A stretch of 64,000 nucleotides of DNA from Promethearchaeota archaeon (GTDB lineage Archaea; Asgardarchaeota; Thorarchaeia; Thorarchaeales; Thorarchaeaceae): assembly GCA_048939765.1 (NCBI GenBank), contig JBHLPF010000003.1, forward strand, positions 1 to 64,000. Direction: 5' to 3'. Under the pieces are notes generated by a model. That model did no database searches and had not been told where the DNA came from. It was given only the letters and a program-made list of their open reading frames with translations. A program made the position numbers and the translations under genes. Every line of letters starts with the position of its first letter. Positions within the stretch are counted from its first letter, which is position 1. Below are positions 1 through 10,147 of the stretch, in pieces.

Positions 1-564
1 CATCAACGTACACGGCATGGCATATCACGATCCTATCAGATTACAAACATATTTCCATATCAGACAACTTTCGAGAATATTCGACTGGCTGCGCAGGGTT
101 GTAGTGGTGGAAGAGTCAACTTCCTGGGGATGCTAAAGAAAGCAGGCTCCTATACCGATTTTCATGAGAGAGTTTTGGACATAGCTGCAATTGTTGGACT
201 TGAACCTGCGCGATTATATGTCCCTGCTGCTTTGATACCACATGCAGAACAAAGAAAACTCGAGATTGCTATGGCTCTCGCAACTGAGCCGCGACTTCTC
301 TTGCTTGATGAGCCTGCTGCAGGAATGGCGATTGAAGAGATACCAGATGTCATTGATGCGATCCTGCGAGTCAAACAATCCTATGGAAAGCAGCTGACAT
401 TGCTAGTTGTTGAACATAAAATGGACATTGTCATGAGCCTCAGTGAAGAGATTGTTGTTCTTTCAGAGGGAAGAATGATTGCTAAAGGGCCTCCAAAGGA
501 GATCAAAGAGAACGAAGAAGTATTGAAAGCTTATCTAGGTGGTACAGATGCAGAACTTGCTTGA
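1..564 (+). CDS. livG: Branched-chain amino acid-type ABC transporter ATP-binding protein (LivG-like), 5' truncated by window edge
   Basis: Frame 1 is open from base 1 (GISRSYQITNIFP...TFENI). Walker B LLLLDEPAAG, H-loop VEHKM and the C-terminal 'VLKAYLG' are typical of LivG. Confidence 0.9.
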   Translation, partial: HQRTRHGISRSYQITNIFPYQTTFENIRLAAQGCSGGRVNFLGMLKKAGSYTDFHERVLDIAAIVGLEPARLYVPAALIPHAEQRKLEIAMALATEPRLLLLDEPAAGMAIEEIPDVIDAILRVKQSYGKQLTLLVVEHKMDIVMSLSEEIVVLSEGRMIAKGPPKEIKENEEVLKAYLGGTDAELA

Positions 565-1267
565 AATACAAAATGCTCACGTATACATTGGTTCCTTCTA
601 TGTCCTGCAAGGAATCTCATTGGTTGTTCCAAAAGGAGAGGTCACTCTATTATTGGGTAGAAATGGAGCAGGGAAGACTACGACAATGAAATCAATACTC
701 GGAATATATCCACCAAGAGAAGGAAAAATTGTCTTCAATGGGGAGGATATCTCTGGTTTTCCCACTCACAAAATAGTCAACAAAGGCATCGGTTATGTCC
801 CTGATACTAGAAGGATTTTCGGCACGTTGACAGTCGAGCAGAACCTAATCGTGTCAATGCGGAAAGGAGGCTCACGAGACGATATGCAGTATCGATTGGA
901 CATTATCTTTGATTTGTTTCCTGATATGAGACGGTTTCTTAAACAGAGAGCGGGAACTTTGTCAGGTGGCCAACAGCAAATGCTAGCTGTAGCCCGCGCA
1001 TTGATGAATGAAAATGATTTGCTACTTATAGACGAACCTACAGAGGGCTTGAGTCCTCTATTGGCCAAGAACCTCATCGCTTCTCTTGGCAGACTAAAGG
1101 AATACGCAACTATCCTTTTAATAGAACAGAACTTTCGAGCTGTCTCAGAGCTAGGCGACAATTTCTACATCTTCGATAGTGGGAAAATCGTTTATGAGGG
1201 CAATAACATGTCGGAGCTTATAGCTGACAAAGCACTTGTTGCACAATACTTGGGGGTGAGCATCTAA
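539..1267 (+). CDS. livF: Liv-type ABC transporter ATP-binding protein (LivF-like)
   Basis: Walker A GRNGAGKTT, signature LSGGQQQML, DEPTEGLSP and IEQN. Confidence 0.92.
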   Translation: MVQMQNLLEIQNAHVYIGSFYVLQGISLVVPKGEVTLLLGRNGAGKTTTMKSILGIYPPREGKIVFNGEDISGFPTHKIVNKGIGYVPDTRRIFGTLTVEQNLIVSMRKGGSRDDMQYRLDIIFDLFPDMRRFLKQRAGTLSGGQQQMLAVARALMNENDLLLIDEPTEGLSPLLAKNLIASLGRLKEYATILLIEQNFRAVSELGDNFYIFDSGKIVYEGNNMSELIADKALVAQYLGVSI

Positions 1268-2379
1268 TGACAATGCAGAATATTAGATCCTCCCTTCGGG
1301 ACTACCTGGAGGAAAACCCCCGAGTCCGTCAGATACTGAGAGTTACGCTGGTCCTTGTTTTTGTTATTTTTGCAGCTCTACTGGTTGTCGTGGCGATAGA
1401 TGTTTACACATGGGACGGATTTGTTGTCAGAGCAAGTAAATCACTGGTTGATGGACTGGCACTCAGCATGCTGCTTTTCTTGATGGTTTCTGGGTTCTTC
1501 TTGATCTTTGGTTTGTGCGATGTGATCAATTTCGCTCACGGGGCCTTCTTCATGTTGGGAGGTTTCATGGGCTTTGTAATCTATATCGGAACAGAATCTG
1601 TTCTCCTAGATCCCGCTCTTCCGTTCCATATTCTCTTCGGAGATAATCAATTTGCAATTTCGGTCATAGCCTTCATTGTGAGTGCGATTGGAGCCACAGC
1701 AGTTCTGGCTCTAGTCGGTGGAGGAATAGAGTTCTTCACAATTCGACGACTGTACGGCAATCCTATCGCTCAGATACTGTTGACAGTCGGGTATATGTTC
1801 ATTATCACTCAGATTGCCCTAATCATCTGGGGCCCCCCACAAATCACCTATACTATTGTTCCCTATTCACAAATATCCTACTTCTTCATAAGTGGTTTTC
1901 TTGATTTTGGCGGAGGGCTGCAATTTTCGATTTATCGTATTTTCTTGATTTTTCTGGGCTTAGCTGTTGCTGGATCAATGTTTGTGGCGTTCAGAAAGAC
2001 CCGCATTGGGCTGCAGATACAAGCGGGAATAGAAGATTCAGAGATGGTTGAAGCATTGGGGACTGATATCAAGAAACTGTTTACAGTTGTATTCATGCTG
2101 GGTGCAGGCCTTGCTGGACTATCCGGCGCAGTCCTAGTACCGTGGATTGGAGCAAACTCAGGCCATGGTCTCACATATCTCATATTCGCTTTTGTCATAG
2201 TCGTTGTTGGAGGCGCCCATTATGGTCGCTTTGAAGGTACCTTCTTTGGTGCACTTATAGTTGGCCTATCAATGCAATTCGCAGCATATTTCGTTCCATT
2301 CATTCAGGACATTATAGTGTTCATCATTATGGTGATCATTCTGATAGTAAGACCAGGAGGTCTAACAGGTCATGAATAG
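1267..2379 (+). CDS. livH: Liv-type ABC transporter permease (LivH-like)
   Basis: Multi-TM protein with GxxDVINFAHGAFFMLG and 'ILIVRPGGL' motifs. Overlaps the neighbouring liv genes. Confidence 0.9.
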   Translation: MTMQNIRSSLRDYLEENPRVRQILRVTLVLVFVIFAALLVVVAIDVYTWDGFVVRASKSLVDGLALSMLLFLMVSGFFLIFGLCDVINFAHGAFFMLGGFMGFVIYIGTESVLLDPALPFHILFGDNQFAISVIAFIVSAIGATAVLALVGGGIEFFTIRRLYGNPIAQILLTVGYMFIITQIALIIWGPPQITYTIVPYSQISYFFISGFLDFGGGLQFSIYRIFLIFLGLAVAGSMFVAFRKTRIGLQIQAGIEDSEMVEALGTDIKKLFTVVFMLGAGLAGLSGAVLVPWIGANSGHGLTYLIFAFVIVVVGGAHYGRFEGTFFGALIVGLSMQFAAYFVPFIQDIIVFIIMVIILIVRPGGLTGHE

Positions 2380-4141
2380 TGAAAGAAATCCCTCACAGAA
2401 ACTGAAAGGAATTCTCCTTGGGGTGCCCTCCATAGTCACAAACAACAGAACAGCAATAGCTGTTCTCGCGTTTCTATATCTTCTCCCATTTGCTACTACA
2501 GCAGAAACATCCCCCCTTCGAGCACTACTCAACCTGATAACCCAGATAATGATTTTCGCCCTTCTTGCAATATCCTTTGATTTGCAGCTAGGCCGTGCAT
2601 CGCTGCTGAATTTTGGGCATGTCGCATTCTTTGGGATTGGAGCCTATTTCATGGCCTATTCATTAGACGCGAATCTCTTCCCTCCGCCCTTTAATCTCAT
2701 AGCTGCGATTCCATACCCACTTACATTAGTTTTGGCAATGATGATTGGCGGTGGCCTTGGGTTCATAATGGGACTGACAACTAGCCGAATGAGAGGCACA
2801 GCGTTTGCATTTATTGCTTTGGCGATAGCGATGTTTATCTACAATTTCTTTGCTGATAACCCAGACATTTCTGGTGGAGAAACAGGACTGGGGGTAAGTA
2901 CTCCTGCTATCATTAAGACTGCTCCTTTCTATCTGCTCTTTGTCATACTTGCATTTGTATTCCTCTCAGCTTTTATAGGAATGGTCATCCTTTACCTGAG
3001 GAAGCGAACAGATTCTATTGGTCTCATCTTGTTCATTCCAATTATAACTGTCTTTACAACTCTCCTATTCATGTTTGGGACAAATATCTATGGTCCTATT
3101 CTGGTATTCTATGCATTCCTTGGGATGATACTTGTCTTTTGGATAGAACGAAAGAGATCCATTAGTGACCCTCTGAGATTCTCTGAGAAGGCACAAGCAA
3201 TCTCAGGTGATGTGAAAACCACCAGCGGGATGACAACCTACATTATTCCGTTCATCATCATAATTCTAGCTCTCATAGGATTGCTAGTTACTTTTAGTAC
3301 AAACATTGCTCAAATGGTATCACTGTGGATTGAAGACAGCTCCACATTCTACTATACAATTCCAGTGCAATTCTATTTAGTATTGACTTGCATTATGATG
3401 ACCTACTTTTTCTTAAAGCGGCTAATCGCTTCACCATTCGGGAGAATGGTTACTGCGGTCGCTCAGAATGAGGAGCGAGCTGAAGCCTTAGGCTACAATA
3501 GCTTTCGTGCTAAAACAGTTGTATTAGTGATAAGTGGGGGAATTGCCAGCCTTGCTGGGGCGCTGTATGCCCCATATCTCAGAGTTATTGATCCAATCAC
3601 GGTATTAGGAGTCGAAATCACAATCAACGCGATGTTATACGCTATTATCGGAGGAATTGGCACACTGTTTGGTCCAATACTTGGATCAGGAGTTGTGGTG
3701 TACTCTGACCTGAATATAGTTGACTTCATAACAGAGGGCTTAGGCTTGCCTGGTGAATTATGGTTGATCGGGTTGGGAGTGATGTACATTTTGATTGTCT
3801 TGTTTATGCCTTTTGGAATCGTAGGATCTATTGGGAGAAGGGCTAATTCAGTCTTAGAAAAAACGCGTGAAATCAAGCTGGGTCGATTTGAATTCGCCAT
3901 AAAATCTTCTGATTATTGGGTATTCGGTTTCTTGGGAGCAGTGGGACTCTTCCTATTCTTGATCGAGGATGCTAGGCTCCTTCCAATTGTAGTTGGGACA
4001 TTTGGATTTTTAATGATATTTGTTCTTCTCCTTTTATGGCTATATAGAAAGGAGATTGCATCAAGATTCAGAAGTCTTCCGAAAGCTATTGTCGCAAGGA
4101 CTCGGGGTATTATTGCAAGGATTCTGGCTATAAGGAGATGA
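2372..4141 (+). CDS. livM: Liv-type ABC transporter permease (LivM-like), extended
   Basis: LNFGHVAFFGIGAY, GGETGL, SPFGR...AVAQNEERAEALGY and IIGGIGTLFGPILG. Longer than usual because of extra TM segments. Confidence 0.88.
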   Translation: MNSERNPSQKLKGILLGVPSIVTNNRTAIAVLAFLYLLPFATTAETSPLRALLNLITQIMIFALLAISFDLQLGRASLLNFGHVAFFGIGAYFMAYSLDANLFPPPFNLIAAIPYPLTLVLAMMIGGGLGFIMGLTTSRMRGTAFAFIALAIAMFIYNFFADNPDISGGETGLGVSTPAIIKTAPFYLLFVILAFVFLSAFIGMVILYLRKRTDSIGLILFIPIITVFTTLLFMFGTNIYGPILVFYAFLGMILVFWIERKRSISDPLRFSEKAQAISGDVKTTSGMTTYIIPFIIIILALIGLLVTFSTNIAQMVSLWIEDSSTFYYTIPVQFYLVLTCIMMTYFFLKRLIASPFGRMVTAVAQNEERAEALGYNSFRAKTVVLVISGGIASLAGALYAPYLRVIDPITVLGVEITINAMLYAIIGGIGTLFGPILGSGVVVYSDLNIVDFITEGLGLPGELWLIGLGVMYILIVLFMPFGIVGSIGRRANSVLEKTREIKLGRFEFAIKSSDYWVFGFLGAVGLFLFLIEDARLLPIVVGTFGFLMIFVLLLLWLYRKEIASRFRSLPKAIVARTRGIIARILAIRR

Positions 4142-4145
4142 TTGA

Positions 4146-4964
4146 TTGCCATTTGCAACTGTGAGAGACATCGACATCTATTATGAGCTTCACGGGCCAC
4201 CTGACGCTCCACCTCTAGTGCTCATTGGAGGATGGGCAAGCTATCGCTGGATATGGTTTCGGCAGGTTCCTGCTTTCAAAGAGAAATTCAGATGCATCGT
4301 TTTCGACAATCGTGGAGCAGGAAGAAGCTCCAAACCAGACATTCCGTATTCAATTCAGATGTTCGCCGATGATACAGTTGGTCTGATTGATGCTTTGGGT
4401 ATCGAGAAGGCGCACATTTTGGGGATATCAATGGGAGGACTTATTGCCCAGCAGATTGCCATATCCCATCCTGAAAAGGTACGAAGTTTGATTGTTGTAT
4501 CTAGTCATTTTGGGGGACCCAACTCTATACCGATGGATGATAGAACAATGGCCCTTTTAGTCGCTCTTCCAACTGAAACAATCTCAAAAGAGCAAGCTAG
4601 GGAGATGCGATACAGGGCCACTTTCAGTCCACAGTTCATCCGAGAGAATAGGTCGGTGATAGAGCAAATAGACCAATGGGCAGAAATGCATCCCACTCCG
4701 CTTTTTGCGCAAATTCGTCAAAGCGCAGCAGTGGGAGATTTCAATTCTGAATCTGATTTGAAGCAGATATCAGTCCCAACACTAATCATTCATGGAGATG
4801 CTGATCTTGCAGTTCCCCCCAAGAATGGAGAGATGATATCTAAGATCATTCCCAATTCACAATTGGTGCTTATTGAGGGGGGGTCTCATTTCAGCATTAT
4901 CGAGAAGTATAGCGAATTCAATAATGCGGTCATGAGTTTCATAGACGATTTAGAGCAGAGATAA
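4146..4964 (+). CDS. Alpha/beta-fold hydrolase (enol-lactonase/esterase-like)
   Basis: DNRGAGRS, nucleophile elbow GISMGG, acid in HGDADLAVP and His in GGSH. TTG start. Confidence 0.88.
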   Translation: MPFATVRDIDIYYELHGPPDAPPLVLIGGWASYRWIWFRQVPAFKEKFRCIVFDNRGAGRSSKPDIPYSIQMFADDTVGLIDALGIEKAHILGISMGGLIAQQIAISHPEKVRSLIVVSSHFGGPNSIPMDDRTMALLVALPTETISKEQAREMRYRATFSPQFIRENRSVIEQIDQWAEMHPTPLFAQIRQSAAVGDFNSESDLKQISVPTLIIHGDADLAVPPKNGEMISKIIPNSQLVLIEGGSHFSIIEKYSEFNNAVMSFIDDLEQR

Positions 4965-5036
4965 CTTGCTTGCGAATTCGAGAAGAAGGTGATATGGGCA
5001 GGGATGTGCTAGGGCCACAATAATCAAACGGAGTGG

Positions 5037-6056
5037 ATGTTGCAGATGGTTCGTTCAGCAGTGGTTACAGGTCTGGGAATATATATCCCCGAAAAGATGT
5101 TGACTAATGAAGATATAGAGAAAATGCTCAACCGTCCCGGTACTGCAGATTGGCTGGTGAAGAATGTTGGTATTAGACAGCGTCATATTATGGCCGACGA
5201 TGAGGTAACATCGGATCTTGCAACTCACGCAGGTCGACAGGCATTGAAGAAAGCTGGTGTTGATCCAGATGAGCTAGACCTGATCATCTTGAGTACTGAC
5301 ACTCCGGACTATCTGTCTCCTGCTACATCGGTTGTTGTACAACACAAACTTGGTGCAACAAACGCAGGAACATTTGATGTGAACTGCGCTTGTGCAGGTC
5401 TGGTTACTTCACTGGATATAGGTTCTCGGTACATCAGGACAGATTCAGACATCAACTCGATCTTGGTCATTGGAGCCTATGGAATGACCAAATTTGTGGA
5501 TTGGACTGACCACTATACATGCACGTTATTTGCTGATGCTGCTGGCGCTATGGTGCTGGAAGCGAGTGAGGACAAAGAAGGAATCATGGAATCGAAGCTT
5601 ATCGCAGATGGCTCCTTCCATGACCATCTTGGAATCTTCGTGGGAGGAACAGCAGAACCCCCAACAATTGAAGCAATCCAAAATAGGAAACATTGCCTCG
5701 CCTTTCGGAAGCGTTTTCCTGCAGATACAAACCTACAGCATTGGCCAGTTTTGACAAGGGATTGTGTCGCAAAGGCCAATCTGTCAATGGAGGATATTGA
5801 TTGGATATTCTTCACTCAAGTAAACCTACGAACCATTGAGGCCGTAATGAGGGAACTAGATGTGCCTCTTGAGAAGACCCACAATGTCATGGATAAATGG
5901 GGGTATACGGGCTCAGCCTGTATTGCACTTGCGATGTACGATGCAGTCGACCAGGGAAAGCTACCCCCTCCAGGTGAGGGCAATGGTGAGTACATTGCAC
6001 TTTGTTCTTCAGGAGGGGGATTCAACATGGCTGCTGCAGTATTAAGATGGTGGTAG
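5037..6056 (+). CDS. FabH/KAS III-fold protein with non-canonical His/Asn positions
   Basis: GIRQRH, catalytic Cys in DVNCACAG and TLFADAAGA. It has TQVN in place of HQAN and GYTGSA in place of GNTSAA. Confidence 0.85.
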   Translation: MLQMVRSAVVTGLGIYIPEKMLTNEDIEKMLNRPGTADWLVKNVGIRQRHIMADDEVTSDLATHAGRQALKKAGVDPDELDLIILSTDTPDYLSPATSVVVQHKLGATNAGTFDVNCACAGLVTSLDIGSRYIRTDSDINSILVIGAYGMTKFVDWTDHYTCTLFADAAGAMVLEASEDKEGIMESKLIADGSFHDHLGIFVGGTAEPPTIEAIQNRKHCLAFRKRFPADTNLQHWPVLTRDCVAKANLSMEDIDWIFFTQVNLRTIEAVMRELDVPLEKTHNVMDKWGYTGSACIALAMYDAVDQGKLPPPGEGNGEYIALCSSGGGFNMAAAVLRWW

Positions 6057-6084
6057 AAAAATGCCTAATATGAGGTGGCAATAA

Positions 6085-7626
6085 ATGGCAAATCAGTTTG
6101 ATTACCTGTCAAAGAGAGAAGTCTTCTCACCTGACGCAGAGGCCCTGGTTGATGTCGCAACGGGGACAAGATACACCTATGGAGAATTCAATAGGCGTGC
6201 GAATCAGGTCGCGAATTTTCTCCAAAAGGAGCTCGAGTTTCGAAAGGGAGAACGCATGTGCATCCTTGCTCATAATAGTCTAGAATATTGGGAAGCATTC
6301 TTTGGGTGTCAGAAGAGTGGTGGCATTTTCAGTCCGCTCAATTTTCGTTTGGTCGCTAGGGAATTGGTTGGTTTGATCGAGGACCTGAATCCCTCTGTCT
6401 TTCTTTATGACGGCGAATTTGCTGCTGTTGCAATTGAGTTAAAGACAGAAGCGAAAGTCGATCATTGGATTGCACTGGACGCTGAGAAAACTGGATCTGA
6501 TGACTCAATGGTTTATCAGGAAGTAATCAATAAGGCCGAAACAAGTCCTCCCGCGCCTGTGGAACTCTCTTACGACGACCCTATGGGCATCGTCTTCACT
6601 GGGGGGACAACGGGGCTTCCAAAAGGCGCAATGATAACCTACAAACAAGTCGCATTCAATACGCTCAGCACTATTCGAGACATTCTTCCTGGAGATGTCT
6701 ACATAAATCATCTACCCCTGTTTCATGTGGGAGGTCTCTACGTCTATGCCATCCCGCTTTGGATTTTGGGAGGAAGAGTAATCCAAATGCAGAGGTGGGA
6801 TTTGGAGAAGATAATCGAGCTAATCAATACAGAGCGGCCCAATTTCTTCTTCGCAGTTCCTACTCAATACCGGATGCTGATGAATCATCCCAACTTCAAA
6901 TCAATCGACTTCAGCAATGTTCGCTTTCTGACTTCCGGAGGCGAACCATTGCCGTTTGAAATTATCAAGACATTCAAAGAGGCACATGGAGTCAAATTCA
7001 AGCAAGGATTTGGGATGACTGAGGTTGGACCTGGCTGTTTCGCACTAGACCCGTGGGATGCTGAACGTAAGATTGGGAGTATTGGAACCCCCAACTTCTT
7101 TATAGATGCGAAAGTGGTGGATCCTGAAACCGAGAAAGAATGCGGCCCTAGCGAGGTAGGTGAACTTCTATTCAAGGGTCCAACAGTCACCAAGGGATAC
7201 TGGAATCGTCCAGAGTCGAACAAGACGCTATTGGACGCCGATGGCTGGTTTCGGACAGGAGATATGGTTTACTTCGATGATGAAGGATACTTCTTTGTAG
7301 TTGATCGGGTCAAGGACATGTTCATCAGTGGAGGGGAAAATGTGTACCCCCGAGAGATTGAGAAGCTCTTGGAACAGCATCCCAAGATTGCACAAGTACA
7401 GGTAATCGCGGTTTCTGATCCTAAATGGGGTGAGGTTGGCCGTGCTATTGCGGTCTTGAAACCCGGAGTAGAAGCTAATGAAGAGGAAATAATCAGCTTC
7501 TGTGAAGGGAAACTGGCTAGATTCAAGATTCCAAAATCGGCCGTATTTATCGATAGTTTCACTCCCTACATTTCCGGTGCTGGGAAGATTCTAAAACGTA
7601 AACTGAAGGAAGACTTCGGTCAATAG
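6085..7626 (+). CDS. Acyl-CoA synthetase (AMP-forming, FadD/MenE-like)
   Basis: FTGGTTGLPKGA, GFGMTE, GWFRTGD, DRVKDMFISGGENVYP and GKILKR motifs. Confidence 0.92.
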   Translation: MANQFDYLSKREVFSPDAEALVDVATGTRYTYGEFNRRANQVANFLQKELEFRKGERMCILAHNSLEYWEAFFGCQKSGGIFSPLNFRLVARELVGLIEDLNPSVFLYDGEFAAVAIELKTEAKVDHWIALDAEKTGSDDSMVYQEVINKAETSPPAPVELSYDDPMGIVFTGGTTGLPKGAMITYKQVAFNTLSTIRDILPGDVYINHLPLFHVGGLYVYAIPLWILGGRVIQMQRWDLEKIIELINTERPNFFFAVPTQYRMLMNHPNFKSIDFSNVRFLTSGGEPLPFEIIKTFKEAHGVKFKQGFGMTEVGPGCFALDPWDAERKIGSIGTPNFFIDAKVVDPETEKECGPSEVGELLFKGPTVTKGYWNRPESNKTLLDADGWFRTGDMVYFDDEGYFFVVDRVKDMFISGGENVYPREIEKLLEQHPKIAQVQVIAVSDPKWGEVGRAIAVLKPGVEANEEEIISFCEGKLARFKIPKSAVFIDSFTPYISGAGKILKRKLKEDFGQ

Positions 7627-7637
7627 GAGGGTTAGAT

Positions 7638-8435
7638 TTGCCTTTCTGTGATGCAAATGATGTCGACATCTATTATGAAGTCCACGGGCAGGGCGAACCG
7701 GTCATCTTTGGGAATGGAGTTTTCTCTAATACGCTAGGTTGGGTTAATCAATTGCCAGCATTTTCCAAGGAGTATCAGGTGATTCTATACGATATGCGTG
7801 GGCAAGGACAAAGTGAGAAGCCGGAGGAGCCATATTCATTCGACCTCCATGCAACGGACCAAAAGGCTCTACTTGATGAGCTTGGTATATCAAAGGTTCA
7901 CCATGTAGGAATCAGCTATGGAGGAGAATTAGGTCTAGTCTTTGCTTTGAAATATCCAGAAATGCTAAAGAGCCTTGTAGTATGCAGCTCAGTTTCATTC
8001 GTCGGACCGTTGCTTCGTGAGATGTGTGAGTTGTGGAGGTATGCCTGTGTACTTGAAGATCCCGAGTTGTTCTATAGTGCAACAGTTCCTCTCAATTTCG
8101 GTGAAACTTTCATCCGGGAGCAAACTGCTCTTCTGGAACAGGCCAAGATTCGTTATGCTCAACTATATTATCCACCCCTTGTGCGGCTTCTAGATTCTTT
8201 TCTCAGTCTTAACGTAACAGATCAATTGCATCAAATCGAGGTTCCCACCTGTGTCATTGCTGGCGAGAAAGATATTCTAAAGCCGGCTTATCCGTATTCG
8301 AAGATGATTCATGATACTTTACCCCATTCGGAGATGGTCATTATTCGAGACTCGGGTCATGCCGTTACATTTGAACAGCCTGAGGAGTTTAACAATGTAG
8401 TTCTTAGATTCTTACGCGAACAAGGATCCCTTTAG
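7638..8435 (+). CDS. Alpha/beta-fold hydrolase
   Basis: YDMRGQGQS, GISYGG, GEKD and SGH. TTG start after an AGGAGG RBS. Confidence 0.88.
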   Translation: MPFCDANDVDIYYEVHGQGEPVIFGNGVFSNTLGWVNQLPAFSKEYQVILYDMRGQGQSEKPEEPYSFDLHATDQKALLDELGISKVHHVGISYGGELGLVFALKYPEMLKSLVVCSSVSFVGPLLREMCELWRYACVLEDPELFYSATVPLNFGETFIREQTALLEQAKIRYAQLYYPPLVRLLDSFLSLNVTDQLHQIEVPTCVIAGEKDILKPAYPYSKMIHDTLPHSEMVIIRDSGHAVTFEQPEEFNNVVLRFLREQGSL

Positions 8436-8538
8436 AATAGGAGAACCCTCATTCAAATAATTCCAAATTCCTCAAGAGATATATAGCTGGGCTTCCTCCT
8501 CCGAGGAATAGACATAGAACAGTCTATGTTCTAGCTCT

Positions 8539-8563
8539 AACAGTATAACAATGTAATACTGTT
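8539..8563. promoter_or_regulatory. Near-perfect 25-bp palindrome (candidate operator) upstream of the substrate-binding protein gene
   Basis: AACAGTAT-A-ACA-A-TGT-A-ATACTGTT, 15 bp before the ATG and downstream of a TATA-like GATATATAG at about 8478. Confidence 0.55.
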
Positions 8564-8578
8564 GTGGGAGGATGAAAG

Positions 8579-10069
8579 ATGAAAAAGATGAGAACTATAT
8601 CTCTGTCTCTATCGTTGCTATTACTAGTTTCCATCTTCATGCCTTGCTTCTTGGCTAGACCAGTTGTTGCGCAAGAGCCAATTAAGATTGGAGTCTTCAC
8701 ACCCGAAACGGTCGGGCTGGGTCTATGGTTTTACGGACCCTGGACGAAACAAGGTTTCTCATTAGGATTGGAATATGCAACTACGATGATGGGATATAAT
8801 AACAAGAATAAGACAGAAGCGGGCCGGCCCTATGAAGTTCATTATTATGATACACATGGTGATCCGGTATATGCAACATCACAGGCAATACAAGCTATCG
8901 AAACGGATGGAATTGACATTCTGGTTGGAGGCACTTCTAGTGCAGTGGCTGCAGCGCTATCAGGTATTGCTGAGGAATATAAGAAACTGTATTTCATATC
9001 TCCAGCTGCCGCTTCTTCGCTAACTGCTGAGAACTTCAATCCATACATATTCCGCATCGCCAGAAACAACTGGCATGATGCATATGCAGGCGTTACATAT
9101 GCTATGGATGAGAATTACCTCAACTATTCGAGATTTGCCTTTCTTGCTGTTGACTATTCCTTCGGATATGATGGCGTTGAATCAATGAAGACTTTAATCG
9201 ATGACTGGGGTGGTTCGGTAATCACTATTCAGTACGTAGATAAAGATGAAACGGACTTCTCGCCCTATATACTGAATCTCTTGGATAAAGATGGCGATTT
9301 CGATATTGAGTATCTGTTCATAATTTGGGCTGGTGACTTCTCACATCTATATACTGCTCTAGAAGCTCAACATGTCGCAGACTATATGGAAGTCTCTGGA
9401 GCATGCATTGATATCCTTTCCATGAACCTCATAGAGGCGAGTCTAACGCCTCCAGCGACCTACATCAATTCTACCGGGCTCTGTCTATATGGTTATGAAC
9501 TGCCAGACAATGCGGTCAATGACTGGATGGTGGCCCAACATGTCGCCCAGAACATCATGCCAAATTATCTGTTTGCACAAACCTATCGAGTACCAGAGCT
9601 TTTCACTGCAAGTGCGTTTGCCACAGCGCAATTCCTGGTAGATGTGACAAATGCTGTTCCAGATCTTGATACAGACTTGATGATCAATTATCTTGAAGGC
9701 GGCATAACTATAGACTGCCCGAAGGGACCAACATACTTGAGACCAGATGACCATCAAGGACTTGCAGAGATGTACATCGCAAAAGCTGTGAATGATACTC
9801 GACCTGGATCTGAAACAGAGAACCTCGTCATTGCCGAGTTGGTTCAAACCCTTGACCGCAACACAGTTGCACCACCAGTTGCATCTGTCTGGGGTGGCGA
9901 GCCATATGTCCCAGGTGGATTCGCACCAACAACTACGACGACTCCTACTACTACAACACCTACCACGACCCCACCACCACAGCCTATTGATCCAATGCTT
10001 CTCTTAGCGCTCGGCGGCGGCGTATTGGTGATTGTTGTCCTAATCGTCGTATTTGCTAGAAGGCAGTAG
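8579..10069 (+). CDS. Liv-type (PBP1) ABC substrate-binding protein with Thr/Pro stalk and C-terminal membrane anchor
   Basis: Signal peptide, ILVGGTSSAVA, YIFRIARN, DYSFG, then TTTTTPTTTTPTTTPPP, a TM helix and an RRQ tail. Confidence 0.88.
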   Translation: MKKMRTISLSLSLLLLVSIFMPCFLARPVVAQEPIKIGVFTPETVGLGLWFYGPWTKQGFSLGLEYATTMMGYNNKNKTEAGRPYEVHYYDTHGDPVYATSQAIQAIETDGIDILVGGTSSAVAAALSGIAEEYKKLYFISPAAASSLTAENFNPYIFRIARNNWHDAYAGVTYAMDENYLNYSRFAFLAVDYSFGYDGVESMKTLIDDWGGSVITIQYVDKDETDFSPYILNLLDKDGDFDIEYLFIIWAGDFSHLYTALEAQHVADYMEVSGACIDILSMNLIEASLTPPATYINSTGLCLYGYELPDNAVNDWMVAQHVAQNIMPNYLFAQTYRVPELFTASAFATAQFLVDVTNAVPDLDTDLMINYLEGGITIDCPKGPTYLRPDDHQGLAEMYIAKAVNDTRPGSETENLVIAELVQTLDRNTVAPPVASVWGGEPYVPGGFAPTTTTTPTTTTPTTTPPPQPIDPMLLLALGGGVLVIVVLIVVFARRQ

Positions 10070-10082
10070 ATTGAGTATAGAT

Positions 10083-10121
10083 GTAGTCTGGAAATCGTCC
10101 AGACTACTCCCCCTATTTTTT
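10083..10121 (+). terminator. Hairpin terminator between convergent genes
   Basis: Perfect 10-bp stem GTAGTCTGGA/TCCAGACTAC with a 5-nt loop, followed by a T-tract. Confidence 0.7.
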
Positions 10122-10147
10122 CTGCCACATTTCTAGAACAGACGAAG

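Noticed and set aside
9925-9985. ACN/CCN-rich repeats here and at about 28065-28100, 46590-46655, 61275-61320 and 63230-63290
   Set aside because: These are low-complexity Thr/Pro or Glu/Pro coding linkers, not CRISPR or independent DNA repeats.
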